Assembly: GCA_977017575.1 (NCBI GenBank)
Contig: CDRNVI010000037.1
Location: 1-64,000 of the forward strand
DNA: 64,000 nucleotides
Direction of reading: 5' to 3'
DNA from: Paramoeba atlantica
Lineage: Eukaryota; Protista; Discosea
A program made the translations under genes and the position numbers. Of this stretch, positions 41,401 to 50,186 are shown piece by piece (within the stretch, counting starts at the first letter, position 1; each line of letters starts with the position of its first letter). The notes beneath the pieces are model-generated. The model saw nothing but the letters and a program-made list of their open reading frames with translations. It was not told the DNA's origin and searched no databases.

Positions 41401-43349
41401 CAACTATCCAGAAAGGCTTTCTTCCTGGTATGAATGGAACGGTAGAGCACACTCAAGCCCTATGTGAACTCATTGAGCACCAACGAAGCCATAAACGGCA
41501 ATACTGTCTTTCCCAGTTCGACATTAAGAACGCATTCGGATCGATCCCTCATAATATTCTCTTCCAGTCTCTCCGTTGGGCCCGCGTCCCCTCACCCATC
41601 ATCCAATACATTGAAAACCTTTACCATAAGGCCTCTCTCCAAATCAAATGCAGTGAAGGACTCACCAAACCAATCGAAGTCGGACGGGGCGTACTACAAG
41701 GTGACACTCTCTCCCCAGTACTATTCAACCTCTCAATGGAGTTGGTGCTGCGTTTTGTCCGGTCTAGCTGTCCAAAATACGGTATTACATGGAACGACGA
41801 CGAGGTGTTCCTCAAGGCTTTCGCCGACGACCTTACCATTCTCACGAACACTCCCAAAGAAATGCAAAACGCGACCCATGTTTTGGTGAAAGCTTTATCC
41901 CGTGTAGGAATGAGGCTCAATGTGCAGAAATGCAGGATGCAACATATGGCAATGACTACAGACTCAGGTTACATGACTCGCCGCCCGCAGATATTGGTCG
42001 ATGGCGCCCAAATCCCCCACATTTGCGACCAAGGCAGCACATTCTTAGGAATGACACTCGCCCCGGGAGCCCAACAAGGGAACATTCTCTTCCAAAAGTT
42101 GCGGGCCCGCATACGCACGTGGTTACGAAATATATCTAGCAGCGCCCACGAACTACCGGCCCGTTTATGGATCTACAACAATGGTATTATCTCCCGTCTT
42201 CGATACTGCTTTGTTGTGCACGCGTGTCTTAGTTTTAATCACGTCCTGCGCCTTCAAAGGTATGCAACGAATGCGATTCGGAAATGGCTAAATCTCGCAA
42301 AAACGGCTACCAGCGAGCTCTTATACTCCCAACACGGTTGGAACCTCACCAGCCTATCCAAACTTTGGCTCCTCTGTGCAGCAGAAACGGCGAAACAGAT
42401 GGAAAAATCCCGCGACCCCGCGGTTCTGCATGCATTGCGCGTCAGGATACGGAGGGAAGAAAACAAACGGTCATCTGGACATGTACGCCCACCTTCCGAA
42501 ATCTACAGCACAGATAGAAGTGAAGTACGAAGAATGATTGGCGAGGAATATGAGAGACACCTCTGCCAAGCAGTACAGCGCCGTACCTCTGTTGCCGGTC
42601 AATGGTTCCGCATAGCAACCGAAGAAGACTTAGCTAAGGACTTTGCCGCAGCACTTTGTGATTTGAAAAGCGAGAGCCTCTCGCGTTTCACAGCCTCCGT
42701 CCTGACACAAACTCCCTTGCCGACACGAGTAGCACTCCGCAAATGGGGAATGTCGAGCCACGTAAACGACGAATGTCCCATATGTGAAACAGAGCGGCAA
42801 AGCACCCGGCACGTTCTCTCTGGCTGCGCGAAATCCTTAGAGCAAGGGAGATACACCCTGCGACACAATATGATCTTACTAGCCCTCGCAAACGCTGTAG
42901 CGACCTCTCCGTCGACGAATGCGTTCCATTTCGATCTTCCACAGTTTTCCACTGTCCCGACTTGGCTCACGGAATTAGATACAGAGCTCAGACCGGACGG
43001 GTGGGTAAGGCTGCATAATGGTGAGGAATACATAATAGAGCTAACTTCTCCATGGGAAGAGAACTTTTCACACGCCCACGACCGCAAAGTTGCGAAATAC
43101 TCCAGGTTGTATCATACAAGGAAACTGCAACACCCACGCACGTTTCTCTTGGTGTTCGAGGTGGGTGCCAGGGGGAAACTTGCTAGCTCCATTCGACTGC
43201 TCAACTCTCTTTTTATGGGAGAAAAACATATTGTTTCTGAGTGTCGGAAGGAAATGACGAGAAGTGCCCTGCGTGGCAGCTTCATCATATTCCAAAAACG
43301 CGACTCAAAGACCTGGAACAATGAAACACAGTTTGCTGAGGTCGCCTAA
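38475..43349 (+). CDS. Retrotransposon protein: Cys/His fingers, reverse transcriptase, CCHC knuckle, restriction-like endonuclease
   Basis: RT motifs APGSD, NWRPISL, QKGF, DIKNAFGSIPH, GVLQGDTLSPVLF, FADDL, LNVQKC. Then CPICETERQSTRHVLSGC, RHN, RPDG, IIELTSPWEE, RKVAKY. Confidence 0.95.
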   Translation: MASNDPLPAPVAHDDLPRGSVSARRHSQAFHFSRSRAVSMKLRLSESTLWSYFPDTHAAAVFLTEKSLFSSVHTAEASLGKTLRTGAKRDDGLVIEKCNLQEVIDHEACDYVEYREIQDPHRIFRHASWASAYSDEHLDLCSHYASAQTFGKAVLKKLNGCNVPGLSHLSVRHIAPVNQTENQSWNRCSITFDAPYKIRAGDHSLPLLNKPDKTPMPCAHRCRNKATCLHPCCKIIDTTPATADPTLTDDVPFTQPMTTVNPSTPVMNPERRPCRHTCRDKQACGHICCKVGVLVEQSTSTHTHHEAPSRAGVPHNHFPPPLVNTRNHPATPSAGIESPGSGDSRAPPSPIPTNPEHVNLRNSTSNIQYRPCLHQCSDKTMCKHQCCKTGVRVSPEEATNARWSLRGLLPWPNQSSNAPITTRASSTERNITAETLRDDGNRQRQIQQMEHPTSNTGRETGLPESTPQSTSSGVLQGERRRPCAHKCNDKTQCKHDCCKKGVLLKAGEMVCSALLWTARGLAGIPDNPPIARDAPVTQSTVRTESTESTRRINHTRVNPGEFPVYVIPKSPEQQQVQETTEVPLPLPLSAPDTSLATLLPETVLRATAPDTTPAQEYQTILQRVARAHEATESSTPTPSELDILLRTSRTIAGGRALVRFNDQQWSQVLSKIEVRCREFLRPATNADDALLKADILSAILSVSVFEIAQEIDPRRGFMLRTNMGHAKRGLRPLAIDRTQKQLVAHIRQLKRSLAFMHGAERNKQRGMIKQAEKALKFYEEEATLQKQEIERRWALTRFQRNPWTAAGMCLDSHEEEAREHGTTFPTASMSEIETFFAESMSKPETNYTIPSDEFLGPRPLESMNWTEIDAGTIAAALVSKRAGAAPGSDTVTNALLKRCSSIYIYIAQIFNDVLQFGICPLTWKTAVTRLIHKGGDPKRIENWRPISLTSCLGKLFHSIIGHRILQHALETNAIDTTIQKGFLPGMNGTVEHTQALCELIEHQRSHKRQYCLSQFDIKNAFGSIPHNILFQSLRWARVPSPIIQYIENLYHKASLQIKCSEGLTKPIEVGRGVLQGDTLSPVLFNLSMELVLRFVRSSCPKYGITWNDDEVFLKAFADDLTILTNTPKEMQNATHVLVKALSRVGMRLNVQKCRMQHMAMTTDSGYMTRRPQILVDGAQIPHICDQGSTFLGMTLAPGAQQGNILFQKLRARIRTWLRNISSSAHELPARLWIYNNGIISRLRYCFVVHACLSFNHVLRLQRYATNAIRKWLNLAKTATSELLYSQHGWNLTSLSKLWLLCAAETAKQMEKSRDPAVLHALRVRIRREENKRSSGHVRPPSEIYSTDRSEVRRMIGEEYERHLCQAVQRRTSVAGQWFRIATEEDLAKDFAAALCDLKSESLSRFTASVLTQTPLPTRVALRKWGMSSHVNDECPICETERQSTRHVLSGCAKSLEQGRYTLRHNMILLALANAVATSPSTNAFHFDLPQFSTVPTWLTELDTELRPDGWVRLHNGEEYIIELTSPWEENFSHAHDRKVAKYSRLYHTRKLQHPRTFLLVFEVGARGKLASSIRLLNSLFMGEKHIVSECRKEMTRSALRGSFIIFQKRDSKTWNNETQFAEVA

Positions 43350-43463
43350 AGGTGAATGGATACCACACGTTCTGTGCGTGTGTTCTGGACATTTTATTTT
43401 CCTGTATCCATTCATAACCAATCTCTGCACTATAAGTGTATGACAAATAAATAAATAAATAAA

Positions 43464-43853
43464 TTGTATATGAATCGTTTCCACGGACGCCTTGATGTAA
43501 GCCTTCTTCCGGCGGGCATAGAGGTCATCAGTTTCGGTTCGAACAGTTTTGAAGGAAAGTTTGATTTTTCTACTTTACCTACAGCGTTGACGTCGGTCAT
43601 GATTGGTAGGAACCAATTAAGCGGTTGCTTGAACGTTTTAGTGCTACCTTCTGAATTACAGACTTTATGGATAGAAGAAAATTTCTTTGACGGAATAGTG
43701 AAGCTTGATTTATTGCGGCTTCAATGCGCGAATTTGATTGCATTTAAAATACATGATAACTATTTTACTATAGAAGGAAACTCGACCAAGCACGCTTGGA
43801 TTCTGCACCCGCAAAAAGTAGGTAAAAGAAGTAGTAAAAAAAAGATTCAGTAA
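43464..43853 (+). pseudogene. 3' half of the LRR gene interrupted by the retrotransposon
   Basis: LYMNRFHGRLDVSLLP... continues the LRR pattern that stopped at 38404; it has no cap of its own. Confidence 0.8.
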
Positions 43854-44246
43854 GACGGACCGCAATGTGTATAGGAATGGGAGCAATCGAAATAATACTA
43901 CTGTAACTACATACTCAATACTACTGTGACTACTGTGTGTACGGGCCGTTTGGCCGAAATCCGCGGCACTAGTGGGGGGCACAGAGTGTATTGTAATCTT
44001 GCATGGGAGTACGTACTTTTACAACAATATATGGCTTTTAATTAATAGATGATTCATACTATGTACTATACGTATGTAGGGTTCCATTGCGGTGGTTGTA
44101 AAACTACCGCTCTACACTCGATTATTGAAAAAAAAGTGAACAAAAACAGTGAAAATATAAAGAGGAACACAGTAATATAATAGAAGAAAAAAATATAAAA
44201 GGGGGCTCCGGTGGTCCAAAACTGAAAATTTTTTTTGAAAAAAATA

Positions 44247-44319
44247 GGGGGTCCATGGGGGGGGTCCATGGGGGGGGTCCAGGGGGGGGGTCCAGGGGGG
44301 GGGGTCCAGGGGGGGGGGG
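44247..44319 (+). repeat. G-run array (G5-11 TCCA[T]) x6, G-quadruplex-capable
   Basis: Read directly; embedded in a homopolymer-rich non-coding segment 44070-45050. Confidence 0.8.
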
Positions 44320-45203
44320 CATGGTCGAGCAAATTTTTTCGAAAAAATTAGTTTTCGAAAAAAAACCGCAGAAAGGGTAGCCGGGGTCTTGGCGCGCATT
44401 TTCCACCCCCCTACCCGGGGGTGACCCCCCCGCGTATCCGCAGGACGGGTCCGCCAAGTTCGGAATTTTTCGGAAAAATTTTTTTGAAAAAAATTTCAAC
44501 TTGGCGAAAAAAATGACAAAAAAAATATTTTTCCAAAATCGTTTCCCCTATTGTATTTTGATAGTTTGGGACCTACACTAGCTTTCTACGCAGTTGTTTT
44601 CGCAAGGTATCACTTCTTCGAACTGTGGTGCGCCCCTCAAAATGACCCATTTTTGACTAAAAAAGGTGAAAAAGTATTTTTCGGACCTAAAGGGGCATTT
44701 TTGTGTCGAAAGAATGGTATGGTTGGAGTCGCATTCTCTACCCAATACGTTCAGTAGGCTTTCATTCATGCCTGCGAGTGATTTCCCACGCGCAAATGTC
44801 GGATTTAGTGCTCTGAGAGCAAAAATATGCGAAAATGACCCCATTTGTACCCGAAATTCGGCTATTTTTGGCTATAATCTTTCCGTTTTCCCGGCTAAAT
44901 TTTCTTTTTTAGGCTCTTCGTTAAACGCGGCGGTAGTTTTCAACGCGAAGCGCGCAGCACGAGTGACTTCTAAGTTGAAAGCAACCACCGCGTTTAACGA
45001 AGAGCCTATATTATTCCGTGTGCGTGCATCTACGGACACGTAGTGGAACTAGATGTCGTAGTTATGCAGTCAGGTAAACATACCTCAATCCATTCTTCGG
45101 TTAAAATACTACGAAAATAGTTGCTTGTCTTACTTACAATAGTATAATTATCTTCTTAATTGTCTTGTATAATTATCTTCTCATAATTGTATAAGAAGAC
45201 CCT

Positions 45204-46145
45204 ATGTCCACTCCAGAAATTTTACTTGCAGCCTACTCCAGTCAATTCCTCTCCACCGTGTTGTTCTACCCGTGGCGCGATCTCATGAATCTACCTGGGC
45301 GACTCGAATGGCGCAGACCAAAAGACTTACACGCGAGTACCCCTCGAAACACGGCCACGGACCCTACGTTTTACACCCGTCGGTGGAAAGGAATGATAAG
45401 AAATCCGCAGCAGCCTGCCCTTATTGCCCTGTTTCCCACTGCGCTCTACTACTGTGTAATATCCGGAAGCTCCGTGACTCCCGAGCACACAACCGCACTC
45501 GTCGCATGGCTCGTCACAGGCACCGTGACGCATGCCATTGGCACCACAACACTGCCCATCCTCTCCCACCGTATGGCGGATACCGACCACAAAGGTCGGT
45601 TTATGTACGGCTCCCTCTCGCACTGTATAACGCAAAGCACCGCGCGCCTGGGGTACTGCAGCTGGCTCTCCGGGCTCTCCTTCCAGGTTCCCATCTCGTT
45701 TCTTGCGCACACCGTGCCGCTGTATCTGCTGTGTGCCTCCGAGAATGCCAAAGGAAGGGTGAAAACGCAAAAACGACAAAGGCGCGGTAGCAACGTGTGG
45801 TGCACAACCGCGTGTTTCTTGAAAGACTGGTGTACGGGCACACTTTACAGCGTCTATGGTGTCCTAGGGGCTGCCCTGTTTAGGGTGATGCGCAACAGCA
45901 CGACGAGAGGGCAGTACAATGTGATTCTGCCGCTCCCGGGGCATTGGGTGCGGTATGAGGCCCAGGCCTGGCGAGAGGCCACCCGCACGTTTCAGAGCTG
46001 TTGCCACCGCGATGGGGTGATTTCGTATTTGGTCCAACCTGGGGGGCCGAATTCGGTGCTGCGGGTGATGAGCAAGACGTCCCTCCCGTTTGGGTTCTCA
46101 TGGGCCGTGTACCGAACACTTGGAGGACCCACGAGTGTGTGGTGA
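45204..46145 (+). CDS. Hypothetical protein, possibly a highly divergent mitochondrial carrier
   Basis: 313-aa ORF. LFYPWRDL and MYGSLSHCITQSTARLGYCSWLSGL resemble carrier repeat motifs. Confidence 0.5.
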   Translation: MSTPEILLAAYSSQFLSTVLFYPWRDLMNLPGRLEWRRPKDLHASTPRNTATDPTFYTRRWKGMIRNPQQPALIALFPTALYYCVISGSSVTPEHTTALVAWLVTGTVTHAIGTTTLPILSHRMADTDHKGRFMYGSLSHCITQSTARLGYCSWLSGLSFQVPISFLAHTVPLYLLCASENAKGRVKTQKRQRRGSNVWCTTACFLKDWCTGTLYSVYGVLGAALFRVMRNSTTRGQYNVILPLPGHWVRYEAQAWREATRTFQSCCHRDGVISYLVQPGGPNSVLRVMSKTSLPFGFSWAVYRTLGGPTSVW

Positions 46146-46326
46146 AAACGAAGTTGTGGGTTCCCCTTTCAAAGTAACGTGCTCTTACCGTAACTGTGGA
46201 AGGTTATGGTGCTCTTGTGAGTTGTGTTTTGATTATAAAACAATAATTTGTGATTGCATGATTTGGTAGTCGAGTTTCTATTGTATTTGCGAAAAAATAT
46301 CCTTCTATATTCGCATTCTTTTGCCG

Positions 46327-47241
46327 ATGTTTTCGCTGATGACTTCTGGAATGTATACGGAAGACATCAGCATTTCGGAAATTTCTCGTGATTCATCCTC
46401 AAAGACACGTTCTGGAAGAGTCCAAGGTGCTGAGTTGCCTCCGGAATACGATCTGCAGCGGCTTGTACAATTTTTTGATAACGCTCAAGATTTGTGGGAT
46501 ATGGATGCACCAGCAAACGAGTGGTATGGAGTGACATGTACAAATACGGGGAAAATCTCTGTCATTGACTGGAAGTCATATGAATTGGGGGGAGTGTTGC
46601 GGAGTAAGTTCTTGCCTCGTTCCCTGGAGTTCCTCCATCTGACGGGAAACAGTTTTTCAGGAGAACTGGATTTGTCTGTACTTCCACCGTTAATTCAAGT
46701 GGTTTACCTTTCAGACAACGCATTTACTGGGGGCCTAGACTTGGATCACTTACCAGCTTCGGTAGAATATTTAGATGTTCATGACAATCTCTTTCAAGGA
46801 CGAATAAATCTCATGTCTCTTCCGCATTCCCTCATTTCTTTAAATTTGTCACACAATAAACTGTCAGGAGCTGTATCTCTTACCAGTCTTCCGCGTAAGC
46901 TAACTGATCTTGACCTTTCACGAAACTGGTTTTCTGACGAAATCGATCTAACGAATTTGCCAGCGGGATTAAGATGCCTGAGTCTTCACCATAATCGCTT
47001 TTCAGGTCGTCTTGAAATGACGAAGTTAGCCCCTCGACTGGACAGAATGCTCTTGGGCAGTAATTTATTCGAAGGATACACTGAGTTGACTAGTTTGCCG
47101 AAGAGTTTGGTAGAACTTGATCTTAGCGACAATGAAGGATTAACGGGAGAGATTGATCAGAGACGAGTAGCCACGTTTTATTTAGGTTTAAGAATATCAG
47201 GCACGAAAGTAGCTGTTCGGGGGTATCAGTCACGAAGGTAG
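46327..47241 (+). CDS. LRR family protein
   Basis: GRVQGAELPPEYDL...WDMDAPANEWYGVTC cap plus ~8 LRRs. Confidence 0.88.
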   Translation: MFSLMTSGMYTEDISISEISRDSSSKTRSGRVQGAELPPEYDLQRLVQFFDNAQDLWDMDAPANEWYGVTCTNTGKISVIDWKSYELGGVLRSKFLPRSLEFLHLTGNSFSGELDLSVLPPLIQVVYLSDNAFTGGLDLDHLPASVEYLDVHDNLFQGRINLMSLPHSLISLNLSHNKLSGAVSLTSLPRKLTDLDLSRNWFSDEIDLTNLPAGLRCLSLHHNRFSGRLEMTKLAPRLDRMLLGSNLFEGYTELTSLPKSLVELDLSDNEGLTGEIDQRRVATFYLGLRISGTKVAVRGYQSRR

Positions 47242-47520
47242 GCACACCCCCTTTCATCAATAATGACCATTGAAACAAGATTTTCAGCTCGGGCTGTGAA
47301 AATTACTCAAAAATTATCGAAAACAAATCATACTATCTTTTTGACGCGGGAGTTTTCCCGTGATCTCTTTAATCTTGTCTTGTTTTCCCCTTCGTAGACA
47401 AAGTATCATACACAGATGTAAGCTTATTTCAGCTCTTCCCTTATTGCGTTCATAAATTGTCGCTGTGGTAGCTGTTTTGTCAAAAAGCGGTAATCGCGTT
47501 GTGTAAGTGCACGTAAGCTC

Positions 47521-47632
47521 GGTTTCGCAAATTGCTTCCCACTACCGATTCCGCGTATGGCTCAGGCCCTCTCACGCGGGCCCTCGCCATGCCCCACTCC
47601 GGCTTCGTAAATTGTTTCCCACTAACGACTCC
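47521..47632. repeat. 32-bp imperfect direct repeat pair
   Basis: GGTTTCGCAAATTGCTTCCCACTACCGATTCC (47521-47552) and GGCTTCGTAAATTGTTTCCCACTAACGACTCC (47601-47632). Confidence 0.8.
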
Positions 47633-47642
47633 TTTTTGGCAA

Positions 47643-47715
47643 AACGGACAGTGGGTTCGAACCAGCAACCAACGCACATTCTAATGTGTGGTATGTGCCA
47701 CTGGACCAATCCGGC
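47643..47715 (-). pseudogene. tRNA-like sequence 1 (degenerate)
   Basis: 73 nt with A-box TGGTCCAGTGG, CACAT/ATGTG stem, B-box GGTTCGAACCC, partial acceptor stem and trailing T run. Stems are imperfect, so the anticodon cannot be assigned. Confidence 0.5.
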
Positions 47716-47769
47716 CAGACATCGTGGACCCATGCTTCTCGGCTCCTCCCTACGTAGCCGTACGAAAAT

Positions 47770-47847
47770 ACCGTTAGTGGGAATCGAACCCAACCACCTT
47801 AGATATACATGTAGAGTCACTGGGCCTAACGACTAGGCTAATAACAC
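47770..47847 (-). pseudogene. tRNA-like sequence 2 (degenerate)
   Basis: D-arm GCCTAGTCGTTAGGC and T-arm TGGG-TTCGATT-CCCA; acceptor partly paired; anticodon arm disrupted. Confidence 0.5.
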
Positions 47848-48549
47848 CGTAAAGAAAGAAGCAGAGGTTGTAAATAAATCTGGTTGTAATTAAATCTCAG
47901 AAAAAAAAATCATTATCATTATTGTTAGAGAGTGTGTATTGCATCATCCATCAATCTTGAATGCGAACATTTGTACTTTGATATACACAGGGCGAAAACC
48001 TGTAGAGATACTGGGCTCAGCAGAGGTTGACGCAAAGGGCGCTCCCTGCTGAACCTGTCGCCTTCCTCTGCTACACCGAGAAAAGTACGGAATGTCCGCC
48101 GAGGGGGAACGAAAAGAACGGCTTCATCGGGTTAAGATGTCCCGATACGGGAAGAGAGCGTAGTCCTGCCATACGAATTCGTAGGACGCGGATGGTACTC
48201 CCATCGTACATGCTACAAATGACTTACATGGTTCATGATACAACATGGTCAAGGCCATGGATACATGCTGGCAAATGGAATGCCACGGTTCATGATGCAT
48301 CATGGTCATCGGGGTCCCACCGAGTTCGCCTCGGCTGGTGAGCAAGGGAGGTGTCATAGAGCATCCTCTGCACGCATAGTGCGTAGAATACGCATACGAC
48401 GTGTTCGCTAGCCGTGTGGGAATGAGACAAGGGAAGCGCACACCTACTTTATGATAAGAGGGACAGTTTCGATTCCAGCACCGTCCGGAAACGGGCACGT
48501 AAAAGTGTTCCCGTTTCTGGGAGAGAAAAGACGATCTAGAAAAATGTAT

Positions 48550-48576
48550 CAACATGGTACAGAAACTGTATCCTTG
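48550..48576 (-). other. Second spliced-leader-like sequence
   Basis: The minus strand reads CAAGGATACAGTTTCTGTACCATGTTG, 24/26 identical to the 38409-38434 copy; no GT donor follows. Confidence 0.75.
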
Positions 48577-48942
48577 AGTATTCACGGGGATACTTTCTCA
48601 AAATTACTTTACTGCACTGTACCCTCAGAATAGTGTAACTCAGAGTCTCTGAGTTTCATAGTGCACAGTTCTTCTACGCTACGTATTACACTGACCCCTC
48701 TTAATAGTACGATGAGTAACCCCTATTTGAAAGTTCTTTTTCATCATCGACTCTTTTTTTGAGCCGCAAGTATTGCTGTGTAAGTCCGCCGGGTCACCAA
48801 AACTGACAGTGTCCGCATTTTGCCTCCCCACTTTCCCTCTGTATAGAGCGGCGGGTTTACCAAACGGCGCTATATGAGAAAGTATACATTTTCTACGAAA
48901 TATCTTTTTTACATTTTATCAAGAGTTCAAAATACCGACGCG

Positions 48943-49533
48943 ATGTACGTGACATTGAATTTTGCAACTGAAGACTCCAGTTCAAAGCCTAGTAAAGTAC
49001 GAGGTACGGCCCTACCGCAAGAATACGAACTTGAAGCTTTTACTAGAAATATGGCACCTCATCATGTAACGTGGAACACCCACATCCCCGCATGTCAGTG
49101 GAAAGGAGTAAAATGCGACGATGACACAGAAAGTATAGTGACGCATATATCATGGATTTATTATTCGCTAGTAGGTAACCCTCGATGGGAGCACATGCCA
49201 ATAACCCTGACAGCGATCTCTCTTCTAGCGAATCAACTTCAAGGATTGGTCTGTCTTCACCAGCTGCCTCTAGTGATGGCAAACTATAGTGTTTCATACA
49301 ACTTATTTAATGGACCACTCGACTTTTCCCAACTTCCATCTTCTCTCTATCGATTACAACTTGAGAATAATCAATTCTCGGGAAATATTGACCTTTCTTG
49401 TTTGCCGTTTGATCTTGTATCGCTGGGCTTAGCAGGCAATCCTATGCTTGTTGGAACAGTTCGAAAAAATAGTTTCCCCAAGAATTTGATGTACTTTACT
49501 TACAGTGAAACTAACATAACGGTAATAGCATAG
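48943..49533 (+). CDS. LRR family protein
   Basis: SKVRGTALPQEYEL...WNTHIPACQWKGVKC cap plus LRRs; ATG 48943. Confidence 0.87.
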   Translation: MYVTLNFATEDSSSKPSKVRGTALPQEYELEAFTRNMAPHHVTWNTHIPACQWKGVKCDDDTESIVTHISWIYYSLVGNPRWEHMPITLTAISLLANQLQGLVCLHQLPLVMANYSVSYNLFNGPLDFSQLPSSLYRLQLENNQFSGNIDLSCLPFDLVSLGLAGNPMLVGTVRKNSFPKNLMYFTYSETNITVIA

Positions 49534-50186
49534 TCTAAAGATTTCAAAAACTGAAACAATAATCTTGTTAAAGTTTTCTTACTTCTGAAGAGAAAGGCCG
49601 AGTTCCGGAATTTTAAGTCGCTACTTCGAACTTCCTTCGAGAATTTTGCTTCATCCGAAGTTTCTCTCCGAGGACACCAAGCTGTGAACAGAAGACATAA
49701 AGCTGTGAGCTCACAAGCACTCTCAAGGACCACACAGCAACGAGTATGTATATGATAAATATTTTATTAAATATACGAGTATGAATATAACCACATAGCG
49801 ACGAGTATAAATATGATAAGTTATGATAAAAAAGCCAAAGTAGTTTTAAAAATATTCTTTTTACTTCAATGTTCAAATCAGTTGACCCCAATAAATATTG
49901 GTCCGACTTTTTTTCGAACTCGAAGGACCAAATTAAAAAAAGACAAATTTTCTGCTCGACCAATACCAAACAAAGGCAGATGTTTCAAAGAAAATGCAGA
50001 AATGAGCAAAAGTGCGGAAATTGATTCAGTTTCAACAAAGTTTATAAGAAAGGGATTCTCTCAATATTTTAGCTTATCGGGGGAAAGGAGGAGTTGACTC
50101 TAAGTTGCTTTTTTAACAGCTGCACAAAAGTTCTTGCAGATTCCTTTGTTATTTTTATCATATTATTATTTTTGTATTATGAATTA

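Larger units (their letters stand above)
38405..43461 (+). mobile_element. Full-length RLE-type non-LTR retrotransposon (NeSL/HERO/R4-like)
   Basis: Single 1624-aa ORF and (AAAT)n tail at 43445-43463. Candidate TSD AATTGT at 38399-38404 and 43462-43467. Host LRR gene is split on either side. Confidence 0.9.

Noticed and set aside
47734-47744. GCTTCTCGGC resembles the U2 snRNA 5' end
   Set aside because: No stem I or branch-point recognition sequence follows.
48640-48740. Hammerhead ribozyme or telomerase RNA in the structured region
   Set aside because: No CUGAUGA/GAAA core with proper stems and no CCCTAACCC template.
48688-48843. MITE ending in CCCTCTG|TA
   Set aside because: Only one convincing terminus; the putative left end is too diverged to call.
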